DNA from: a bacterium
Lineage (GTDB): Bacteria > UBA8248
NCBI GenBank assembly: GCA_965207065.1
Contig: OZ242260.1
Location: 3,872,001-3,936,000, forward strand
Direction: 5' to 3'
DNA length: 64,000 nt
Part shown: in pieces, positions 8,691 to 15,818 of the stretch
How the letters are laid out: each line of letters starts with the position of its first letter
How positions within the stretch are numbered: the first letter of the stretch is position 1
Program-made: the position numbers and the translations under genes
Notes under the pieces: generated by a model
What the model saw: the letters and a program-made list of their open reading frames with translations, nothing else
Told to the model about the DNA's origin: nothing
Database searches by the model: none

Positions 8691-9346
8691 CGGCGCGCCC
8701 TCCGGGGAGTGATGAGCGGGGCATCCGCTCTCAGATCGATCTCTGTGCTTCCGTATGCCGGACGGCTAACGATGCTTATCTCGTGCAGGACGGCCTGCTT
8801 CACGACTCGAATTTTGACGCCGGGGTTGCCAACTTCGTCGATGAGTTCCTCGGCATTTTGGACCACGTTGCGGGGAGGGATGCGGAAACCCGGACTCACG
8901 CCTCCTGCCCGGCCCGTGCGGATTTCCTTCACAACGTCCGCCATATAGGAGGGCATATCTTTCTCATCCGGGAGATCAACCTCGAAGCTGAGCGCGTCGT
9001 CTCCGTCCGCCACGCGAGCGGTTTTTCTGAGCATATCGCCTAGGGGCTTGTCGAATGAATGCCCGCTCAAGACGTGAACGTTCGCTCGCTCTAGCTGTTC
9101 TTCGATGATCTCTCTCTGCGCCTTCTCGATTCCCTCCTCGATGACGCGAGCAAGCTCTTTTTGCAGTTCCTGAAATCTTCTTACCTGCCAGCCGAAGGCG
9201 CGGGAGTTGATGCGCTCTTTTCGCACCCGTCCTCTGTCTCGAACTGTCGCCGTTTTTCCATACGGAAATTTTCCGCTGAGAATCCGGGAGGAGCCGCGCG
9301 CCCTGATTTCGAGTTCGCCGTCCAAAATCAAATAAGTTTCCGTCAT
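8681..9346 (-). CDS. HK97-family prohead protease
   Basis: Catalytic His (GHSFDKPLG), Ser (GGVSPGF), LHEISIVSRPAY; GAGGA SD before ATG 9346 (alternative ATG 9358). Confidence 0.88.
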   Translation of the reverse strand: MTETYLILDGELEIRARGSSRILSGKFPYGKTATVRDRGRVRKERINSRAFGWQVRRFQELQKELARVIEEGIEKAQREIIEEQLERANVHVLSGHSFDKPLGDMLRKTARVADGDDALSFEVDLPDEKDMPSYMADVVKEIRTGRAGGVSPGFRIPPRNVVQNAEELIDEVGNPGVKIRVVKQAVLHEISIVSRPAYGSTEIDLRADAPLITPRRARRWL

Positions 9347-9358
9347 GCTATTCCTCAT

Positions 9359-9437
9359 GGCGCTGGCGGTTGGAGGTAGGAAGGGTGAAGCCGCCCCTCC
9401 ACGGCGCGAGGCCGCCAGCGCCGCACCCTCGCGCCGT
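9359..9437 (-). ncRNA. Putative structured cis-RNA (H-type pseudoknot with inserted hairpin) between capsid and protease genes
   Basis: Two interleaved perfect 11-bp inverted repeats, 9427-9437/9401-9411 and 9412-9422/9359-9369, plus hairpin 9371-9401. Confidence 0.55.
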
Positions 9438-10724
9438 CTAGGTGCTCACCTGTAGCTGTACCTGAGCGTATGCGTCGGGCTGTGTGACGATGATGTCACC
9501 GAGCAGAACGTGCAAGGTGTAGTATCTTTCGGCCTTGGCGCTGCCCGTGTAGATGTCGTCTATGCTCACCTCGTTCCAGTGAGGACAGACGGCCGTCCGC
9601 ATCCCGCCTTCGCCGCCCATCATGGAGCGGCCCATCCGGTAGAGGATAGCTTGCGCGATGTTCGAGGCGGTGTCGGGCATTCTCTTGTTTGTCCAGAATC
9701 CGCCGAAGTGATCCATCGCGTAATCTGAAAACGCCTTGTCTCCCAAGTCTTGTCCGGTCGCATCGCGAAAGGCTTTCATCGCGAGGCGGTAGGTATCGGG
9801 GTTTACGACGATCCCGACCTCTTTGGCGGTCGATGCCCAGAGGCCGTCAATACCACCGGCGAACAGATCAACGAAGTCATCGAAGTCTGCGACGCCGGAC
9901 GGCGTCCCTTGAGGGTCTGTGAGGGCGGCGAACATTCCCTTGAGGTTCGGGGCCGTTCCGTTTCCGTTGATCGCCTGATCGTCCAGCGCATCGGAGAGGG
10001 CGAGGCTCAAGTTCTCTCTGAGGATGCTCTCGAAGTTCTCCTGCCCAACTGCGGCGATATCTTCAAGGGCCAGTTCCAGACGGGCGCTTACGCGCTTCGG
10101 TGTCGCCGTGGTTACGGTGAGAGCGCCAGCGGTCGCGGCGATGGCCGCGCTCTTGTCCTTCGCTTCGGCGGACTGCGAGCCGGTTATGGTCGCGGAGGCG
10201 AAGGTTCCCGACCCGACGCGCGGCATCTGGATTCCCAGCTTAGGCGCAATGCTGTGTGCGAACACGGCGGGCAAAATCGGATCTAAATTTATGCCGACGG
10301 TTCCCGGCGCTTCGGTGATGGCTCTCTTTTCAAGGTCGGGCCGGGGCACGTCGAAAATCTCAAGGGGAATTCCTGAGACGCCAGCCGCTTGGCGAAGTTC
10401 GAGTTCGGCTCCCGCCACCATGCGACCCTGCGCGGCGGCGGTGAAATACTCCGTGAGCTTTGCCCGGCTCCGCAGTTCGATGCGTTCATGCTGCTCTGCG
10501 TCGAAGCCGTTGGCATGGACGATGCTTTTCTTGTCGTCTTCTTCGAGCAGGAGGCGGACGGCGCTTCGGCGTTCGAGGAGCTTCTTTTTCTTCGCCGCCA
10601 GTTCGCGCAGTTCGGTGTCCGCTTCGTCGTTCAACGTCTCCTCACTGAGGAGTTCGGCGGAGCGCGTTTCCACCTGTTCGAGTTCGTCGGCAATTTGCCT
10701 GATTGCTTTCTGGTTTGGTGTCAT
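9438..10724 (-). CDS. HK97-fold major capsid protein with N-terminal coiled-coil (delta/scaffold) domain
   Basis: Charged helical N-terminus; TATPKRVSA..LALE, LSLALSDALDDQAINGNGT..NLKGMF, IVVNP motifs; context. Confidence 0.88.
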   Translation of the reverse strand: MTPNQKAIRQIADELEQVETRSAELLSEETLNDEADTELRELAAKKKKLLERRSAVRLLLEEDDKKSIVHANGFDAEQHERIELRSRAKLTEYFTAAAQGRMVAGAELELRQAAGVSGIPLEIFDVPRPDLEKRAITEAPGTVGINLDPILPAVFAHSIAPKLGIQMPRVGSGTFASATITGSQSAEAKDKSAAIAATAGALTVTTATPKRVSARLELALEDIAAVGQENFESILRENLSLALSDALDDQAINGNGTAPNLKGMFAALTDPQGTPSGVADFDDFVDLFAGGIDGLWASTAKEVGIVVNPDTYRLAMKAFRDATGQDLGDKAFSDYAMDHFGGFWTNKRMPDTASNIAQAILYRMGRSMMGGEGGMRTAVCPHWNEVSIDDIYTGSAKAERYYTLHVLLGDIIVTQPDAYAQVQLQVST

Positions 10725-10765
10725 GGTCTTCCCTCATTTTCGCGAAATGAATATACCTTGACGCA

Positions 10766-10804
10766 AAGATAGGTGTTTTCGACGAATCCGTCAAGTAATT
10801 GATA
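10766..10804 (-). promoter_or_regulatory. Sigma70-like promoter of the capsid operon with adjacent IHF consensus site
   Basis: Minus strand TTGACG (10789-10794), N17, TATCTT (10766-10771); TATCAATTACTTG (10792-10804) matches WATCAANNNNTTR. Confidence 0.6.
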
Positions 10805-10907
10805 TTAAATGAGTTACAGTGATATTAGGTTGGTATCACGGAAGGGAGATGAAAAACTGGAAAAACCCTGATAATCAATTCCTAAATTTCAACAACGTGG
10901 AGGAATC

Positions 10908-11147
10908 ATGCCTCGAAAAAAAGACCCACCGCCGCGCTGCGAGTTCTTAGAATTATGGGAAAATCCTATAACCGGAGAAACAGCACAAATACGTTGTGGC
11001 CGTGCAGCAGGTAACAAAGATACACCGCATATGTGTTCCCCAGGCGGAGAGCATCCGCCAGCACCTAGTGAGGTGGACGAGAACGGCTGGCCAAAATTGT
11101 TTGGCGGTTGGACGATAGAAGAAAGGAGACGCCCTATACGTCCATAA
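10908..11147 (+). CDS. Small hypothetical protein, opposite strand to the element (moron-like)
   Basis: GGAGG SD; 79 aa with 3 Cys/2 His; converges on and overlaps the HNH 3' end by 14 nt. Confidence 0.55.
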   Translation: MPRKKDPPPRCEFLELWENPITGETAQIRCGRAAGNKDTPHMCSPGGEHPPAPSEVDENGWPKLFGGWTIEERRRPIRP

Positions 11148-11424
11148 TTTCATTCAAGAACATCACCCACTGCTTCTCATCGTGAGTGAGCTTCCTGCGA
11201 TGCTCGTCAACGTGGCATGTTCGGCACAAGGTGCGGATTCCGTCCAAATTATAGGGGTCTCCGCCATCCCAGAGCGGCGGATCGTGATGCGCTTCGAGAC
11301 GTCCTGCGGCTCCGCATTTCGTGCACCGGAAGCCGTCTCTTTCGAAGCACTCACGCCTCGCCCGCGCCCACCTTGCTTGATTCATCGCGGAGTAGTTTTT
11401 CGACCCCGGATGCTTTCGGCTCAC
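11134..11424 (-). CDS. HNH endonuclease (HK97 gp74-like terminase cofactor)
   Basis: RDGFRCTKCG..EAHH..GGD..LCRTCH; GTGA/ATGA-type overlap with terminase stop. Confidence 0.88.
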   Translation of the reverse strand: MSRKHPGSKNYSAMNQARWARARRECFERDGFRCTKCGAAGRLEAHHDPPLWDGGDPYNLDGIRTLCRTCHVDEHRRKLTHDEKQWVMFLNEIMDV

Positions 11425-12851
11425 TCACAAAGTCCTCCATATCGCCAATTAGGTTTGGATGGTCTACTCAACTCCCGATAGAACGCTCCAGCCGATAGCG
11501 TTAACGCAGCTGCTACGTCGTCTCTTGCTTCGTTGTTTGCCCCTCGCTTGGAAAGGCGGGTATTACCTTGATCGTCATTCTTCACCAATGCCGCCGATAG
11601 GCTGGCCGTCAAAAGTAATCGGGAGCCATCCTCACATGATAGCGGGCCATCCTTCGCCAACTTTCGGAGCGCTCGAATATCCTCTGCCGCCTCACTCCAG
11701 CGAGCTACCCTAGGCTGTAACGGGATGCCGTTCGTGCAGTCCTGTAGTTCTGCCAGCCGAAAGCGGTCGGAGACGATGACTCCCGGCTCTCCCCACTCGC
11801 TCAAGATGGCACCCACCAACTGCGCCGGGGGTTGAACACGCAATCCTTCCGCTACGCGCAAAGCCCCGGACTGAGCGAGTCTCTGATATGTTCCTTTTGG
11901 AACCCTATCCCGCTTTTCCTGATCGGCCAGCGAGGGGATACCCGGAGCTACGGCCAGCGCCTCGACGCGCCCGGAGCGCCATATTCCCACCGCCGCAGAC
12001 CATGCCCTTCCACCGCCCAGGTCAACTCCCACGAAAGGCAAACCCTCTCGCTTCGCCACCGGACGGGAACATACTCGCTCAAAATCATCGACGGAGAGGA
12101 GCATTGTAGATTCATCCCCGCTAGGACAATTTAGACGATAGCTCAAGAATCGCGCCTTGAGACGAGTATCCCGCCGCGCTTCGTCTCTCTCTGCTAAGAG
12201 TTTCTTTCGGAATTCTGGCGATACCGCCGTAAGTGGATTGCATCGGCGAATCTCCGGCCATTGCTCCCATTTATCTGGGTCTCCTATGAGGGCTTGAACA
12301 TAGGTAGACCCGCCCGTTCCATCATTCACGAGGTCATGCCACCAGCCACCCAGGGACGGCGCGAGAGTTCCAATGAATAGAGCCTTTAGCGGACTTCCCG
12401 GCTTACCCTGAGCGGTCGTGATGCTGTCATATAGTTGCTGCCCGCCTATGACTTCGGCGCTCCCCGGCTCATCGAATATCGCCCACGGACACCCCACTAG
12501 CCCGAAGGACGTTTTCGAGTTGCTCCCGGCTACCCGTAGCCTCGTATTCGTAGGCTCGTGCGTTATCGCGCACCGCGTCGCACTATCAAGAAACCGATAC
12601 CCGCCGAGCGGCTCAAGGGTAGCTCGCGCGAACCTGAAAACGATTCTGCATTGCTCGATTGAACCTGAGAAAAGAACCGACTCCGTTCCCGGACGGAAAA
12701 GAAAATCATCCGGCGAAAGCACACGCGAGACAATATACCCGGCTAGCCATGACTTGCCGTTGCCTCTGGGGATTGATAGCGCCGCCGTATCCACCCCCGG
12801 AGCCGTAGCTTCCTTGATGAAACACTTTTGAAATGGCCGAAGTTCAATCAA
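11421..12851 (-). CDS. terL: Terminase large subunit
   Basis: Q motif LRPFQ, Walker A IPRGNGKS, Walker B WAIFDE, nuclease GVDLG and C-terminal DDVAAAL. Confidence 0.88.
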   Translation of the reverse strand: MIELRPFQKCFIKEATAPGVDTAALSIPRGNGKSWLAGYIVSRVLSPDDFLFRPGTESVLFSGSIEQCRIVFRFARATLEPLGGYRFLDSATRCAITHEPTNTRLRVAGSNSKTSFGLVGCPWAIFDEPGSAEVIGGQQLYDSITTAQGKPGSPLKALFIGTLAPSLGGWWHDLVNDGTGGSTYVQALIGDPDKWEQWPEIRRCNPLTAVSPEFRKKLLAERDEARRDTRLKARFLSYRLNCPSGDESTMLLSVDDFERVCSRPVAKREGLPFVGVDLGGGRAWSAAVGIWRSGRVEALAVAPGIPSLADQEKRDRVPKGTYQRLAQSGALRVAEGLRVQPPAQLVGAILSEWGEPGVIVSDRFRLAELQDCTNGIPLQPRVARWSEAAEDIRALRKLAKDGPLSCEDGSRLLLTASLSAALVKNDDQGNTRLSKRGANNEARDDVAAALTLSAGAFYRELSRPSKPNWRYGGLCE

Positions 12852-12920
12852 GGCGATTCCCCATTACACAAACGAGCCCAACGTCGCCCCTACCTTGTGA
12901 TCGCCGCGCCGCCGGTGCCA

Positions 12921-13070
12921 TCACGCCTTCTTGTATTCCCCGCACCACCACTCCGCCATCACAAAAGGCCAAGTTCTTTTGTCTCCCGGTCTAGGCGGGA
13001 AGCGATGACACTCTCCGTTAATGTTTGATTTTGATTCGTAGTAGGCGCATGACTCGCATTTTCCCTTCAC
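12921..13070 (-). CDS. 49-aa Cys-rich protein, below ORF-track cutoff (MKGKCESCAYYESKSNINGECHRFPPRPGDKRTWPFVMAEWWCGEYKKA)
   Basis: GTG start overlaps upstream TGA (GTGA coupling); CxxC..CxRxPP..WPxV..WCGE pattern resembles small phage proteins; manually translated. Confidence 0.7.
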   Translation of the reverse strand: MKGKCESCAYYESKSNINGECHRFPPRPGDKRTWPFVMAEWWCGEYKKA

Positions 13071-13306
13071 GGTATTTCCTCCTCGTGCTCATGGGCGGGT
13101 TGTAGGTGATTCAGCGTGTCCGCTAGCGCGGCGGCGAAGGTCTGGGCGTCCTCGCGACCAAGGCGGCGGGCATATGCCCGGAGAATACCGACGCGGACGT
13201 GATAACTTTTGAGTTCGTGGAGGTGGAGAAGTCGTCCGCACACGTCGCACGTTAGCCACTTGTCTCCAGCTTTCGGGGTGCGCCAGTGGTGAGGTCTACA
13301 CGCCAT
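13067..13306 (-). CDS. Small putative Zn-binding protein
   Basis: GGAGG SD before ATG 13306; CxxH..CxxC (CRPHHW..LTCDVCG). Confidence 0.65.
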   Translation of the reverse strand: MACRPHHWRTPKAGDKWLTCDVCGRLLHLHELKSYHVRVGILRAYARRLGREDAQTFAAALADTLNHLQPAHEHEEEIP

Positions 13307-13354
13307 GAGTTCATCCTCCCGCCGCCGATTCAAAAGTAGAACTTCAAAGCCTTT

Positions 13355-13509
13355 GACTTTCGACTTTGATCTCCGGTTCTGACTTTGAGACTTTCCCTCC
13401 TACCGACCGCTTCTTATATTTCTGAATTTGTCTCTGGTTGTTTCTCTCGCGGTGCCTCATTTTTGAGGCGTTAAATTGCGTTTAATGCCTCACTTTCGAG
13501 GCGTTAAAT
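13355..13509. repeat. Putative replication origin: two 24-bp iteron-like repeats plus four GACTTT hexamers
   Basis: tgcctcatttttgaggcgttaaat (13453-13476) vs tgcctcactttcgaggcgttaaat (13486-13509), 33-bp period; GACTTT at 13355, 13362, 13381, 13389. Confidence 0.55.
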
Positions 13510-13930
13510 CCTCGCCATCATTAGGGAATAGCAGGTCGATGTCGCCATGCTTGAGGATATCTCCCGTTCTCGCGTTCACTTTCCAAAGCGCCCCCATTTT
13601 CTTCGGGCTAGGCTGTCGAACAATAAATCCCTTGGCCTTGAGGCCAGCTTGCGCACGCTCGATTGCCGCCTTGCTCTTGCCCGTCATATCCCGAATCGCT
13701 TCGTTCGTGATCACCCTGCAATCGTTTCGCCACCCACCTAGCAAGAGCATGGCGGCGAAGACTTTGAACTCGGAATCCGTGAGCCTGAAATAGGCCTCTC
13801 GCATAGGCGCGAATTTACCATCGATGCGTTTACTCTTTTTCCCATTCTTCAAAACCGGCGAGGTTTCCGGAACAATGATTCCATCCGTCTCCGATTGACT
13901 CCGTGATACTCGGCTGGTATCTTTCACCAT
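13490..13930 (-). CDS. Winged helix-turn-helix protein, replication-initiator-like N-terminal domain
   Basis: LTDSEFKVFAAM..ITNEAIRDMTGKSKAAIERAQAGLKAKGFI wHTH pattern; sits in the usual rep position after alpA. Confidence 0.65.
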   Translation of the reverse strand: MVKDTSRVSRSQSETDGIIVPETSPVLKNGKKSKRIDGKFAPMREAYFRLTDSEFKVFAAMLLLGGWRNDCRVITNEAIRDMTGKSKAAIERAQAGLKAKGFIVRQPSPKKMGALWKVNARTGDILKHGDIDLLFPNDGEDLTPRK

Positions 13931-13944
13931 GATATTTGTTTCTC

Positions 13945-13982
13945 GAAAAGCCCCGATGACTTTGGCCGGTCTGGGGCTTTTC
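13945..13982. terminator. Hairpin between alpA and the wHTH gene (possible terminator/attenuator)
   Basis: Perfect 10-bp inverted repeat gaaaagcccc / ggggcttttc. Confidence 0.45.
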
Positions 13983-14007
13983 TATTTCTGGGCGGAGAAA
14001 GAAGTCC

Positions 14008-14199
14008 CTAGGCGACTGGGGCCGTAGAGCGCGGACGTGATTCGATCCATGCGCGGATTTCATCTTCGCGCCAGCGAACCGCGCGCGGCCCGATCTTGAG
14101 CGCCTTGGGAAATTCGCCCTCGTCCATGAGACGATAGATTGTTGACTTGACGTATCCGGTGATTTCGCAGACTTGCTTACAGGTGAGCAGCTTTGGCAT
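14008..14199 (-). CDS. alpA: AlpA-family regulator / excisionase
   Basis: LLTCKQVCEITGYVKSTIYRLMDEGEFPKALKIGPRAVRWREDEIRAWI. Confidence 0.93.
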   Translation of the reverse strand: MPKLLTCKQVCEITGYVKSTIYRLMDEGEFPKALKIGPRAVRWREDEIRAWIESRPRSTAPVA

Positions 14200-14216
14200 T
14201 TCGAGTCCACCCCATA

Positions 14217-14258
14217 AAAAAGAAAGTGAACCTCCGGCCTTCCCAGCGCCAGAGGTCT
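14217..14258 (-). terminator. Putative intrinsic terminator downstream of integrase
   Basis: Minus strand stem ACCTCTGGC..GCCGGAGGT followed by TCACTTTCTTTTT. Confidence 0.45.
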
Positions 14259-14308
14259 CCTTTCAGGTCTACAGGGGATAACTAAAATACCTTAATGGAC
14301 TTTATCAG

Positions 14309-15496
14309 TCAATTCCCTCGAATCGAGATCACCTTCCCGCGCTCGCCACCCGCCACATAGCGGCCCCACTGCTCCATCAGGCGCACTCGCTTGGCGAATA
14401 GATCGGAGCGCGCATAAGCCCTTTCCGTGGCGTCCCCGACGTGGTGCGCCAAGCATAGCTCCATGACGGCGTGTTCGGCGTTCGTTTCCTCCGCCGCCCA
14501 CACTCTGAACGATGATCTGAAACCATGCACGACTGCTTTCTCAGCGAGGCCCGTGTCTCTCAGGATTTTTGTTAGGCCCATGTTTGAAATCGGCTTGCCT
14601 TTCCGCACGGGCGACGGAAAAACCAGTCCGCTCTCATCGCCTAGCAGCTTTGCTTTTTCCAGCACGGCCAGAGCCTGATCGCTCAAGGGCTGTCTGTGCT
14701 CGCGTCCGCTCTTTGCGCGGCTGGCGGGGATACGCCACGTCCGCGCCTCGGTGTCAATTTCAGACCATTCCGCCAGCCTCGCTTCCCCAGAGCGGCAAGC
14801 GGTAAGAATCACAAATTCGAGACACGCCTTGGTGCTCATCGACGCTTTACTGCCCCTCACGATTTCAAGCGCTTCGGGAACTTCTGCATACGGGAGCGCC
14901 CGGAAATTCTCCCGGACGGCGGGCATACTCGGGAGCGCGCCGGATACCGCCTCTCCCGCCACGTTCACTTCCACCAGTCCATGCGACAGCGCCCATGATA
15001 GAGTCGCCTTGATCCCCCGTCGCAGTTTCCGGCCCATTTCCGGCTTAGAAGTCCACAGAGGAGTCAAGATGTTCAGCACGTCCTCGCGGCCTACCTTGTC
15101 CACGGGTAGATCGCCGATACGCTGGAAGGCGTGGCGCTCTAAAATCTGCCACCAGTTCTTTCTCACCTTATCGTTGCGCCAGCGCGGGGAGAGGGCCTCA
15201 TGCGTCCGCTTCGCCGCTTCCCGGAATGTAGGAGTCTTTGCTTTGCGTTTCTCCGTCAAGGGGTTATTCCCGTCTGCCACGGCGACCCGATTCTCGAATG
15301 CCTTACGCCTCGCTTTTTCGAGAGAAACGACCGGCCATCCCCCTAGCCCGATATCGCGTCTGCGTCCTTCAATCGTGACTCTTTGAATCCAATTTTTCCC
15401 ACCGGAAGGCGTTACGTTCAAAAAGAGAGTTCCGCCGTCGCTGTAGCGACCCGGTTTTTTGATGCCTCTCACCTTCGCAACTGATAGATTTCCCAT
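14309..15496 (-). CDS. int: P4-type tyrosine integrase with arm-binding domain
   Basis: N-terminal DGGTLFLNVTPSGGKNW..GLGGWPVVSL; catalytic R (TACRSGE), HGFR, LAH, Y (AYARSD) all present. Confidence 0.95.
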   Translation of the reverse strand: MGNLSVAKVRGIKKPGRYSDGGTLFLNVTPSGGKNWIQRVTIEGRRRDIGLGGWPVVSLEKARRKAFENRVAVADGNNPLTEKRKAKTPTFREAAKRTHEALSPRWRNDKVRKNWWQILERHAFQRIGDLPVDKVGREDVLNILTPLWTSKPEMGRKLRRGIKATLSWALSHGLVEVNVAGEAVSGALPSMPAVRENFRALPYAEVPEALEIVRGSKASMSTKACLEFVILTACRSGEARLAEWSEIDTEARTWRIPASRAKSGREHRQPLSDQALAVLEKAKLLGDESGLVFPSPVRKGKPISNMGLTKILRDTGLAEKAVVHGFRSSFRVWAAEETNAEHAVMELCLAHHVGDATERAYARSDLFAKRVRLMEQWGRYVAGGERGKVISIRGN

Positions 15497-15659
15497 GCCC
15501 GTTTTCTCCCATAACCCACGATTTAACCCACGTTCGATCGCGGACTTTAACGGACTCGAACGGACTTGTCAAGACCCAAAACCGCTTGTAACTAACTGAT
15601 ATATTTATATTTATTGTTTAGGAAAAGACCTTGCCGGTCTTCATCGGACTATAAGGAAA

Positions 15660-15743
15660 TGCCGGAGGCCGGACTCGAACCGGCAAGGGGTTGCCCCCGG
15701 TGGATTTTGAGTCCACTGCGTCTACCAATTCCGCCACTCCGGC
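15660..15743 (-). tRNA. tRNA-Leu(CAA), no encoded CCA
   Basis: GCCGGAG/CTCCGGC acceptor stem, GTGGA-CTCAAAA-TCCAC anticodon arm, long variable arm GGGGCAACCCC, GGTTCGAGTCC T arm. Confidence 0.96.
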
Positions 15744-15818
15744 AGAAAGAAAATGTAACTTAGCCTCTCCTCATGCCTTCTGGCAAGATGTGTCTCGATT
15801 TTTCGCAGCGTGCGAGAC

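Larger units (their letters stand above)
5164..15672 (-). mobile_element. Integrated capsid-forming phage satellite (cf-PICI-like), ~10.5 kb, in tRNA-Leu(CAA)
   Basis: Flanking direct repeat of the tRNA 3' end; integrase+AlpA next to the tRNA; head/packaging module; no tail or lysis genes. Confidence 0.85.

Noticed and set aside
9359-9440. Stop-codon readthrough fusing capsid to protease
   Set aside because: The 79-nt gap puts the genes out of frame, and no slippery heptamer is evident before the capsid TAG.
12844-12921. 25-codon ORF (MAPAARRSQG..) between the Cys microprotein and terL as a possible TerS
   Set aside because: Far too short and lacks any recognisable motif.
14231-14238. 8-bp inverted match (cctccggc) to the att core inside the element
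   Set aside because: Short, GC-rich and explained as one arm of the terminator-like hairpin after int.
5164-15672. Calling the element a complete prophage or a gene transfer agent
   Set aside because: No tail tube, sheath, tape measure, baseplate, lysis or repressor genes fit between the att sites. Integrase, AlpA and att sites argue against a GTA. A decayed prophage is not fully excluded.
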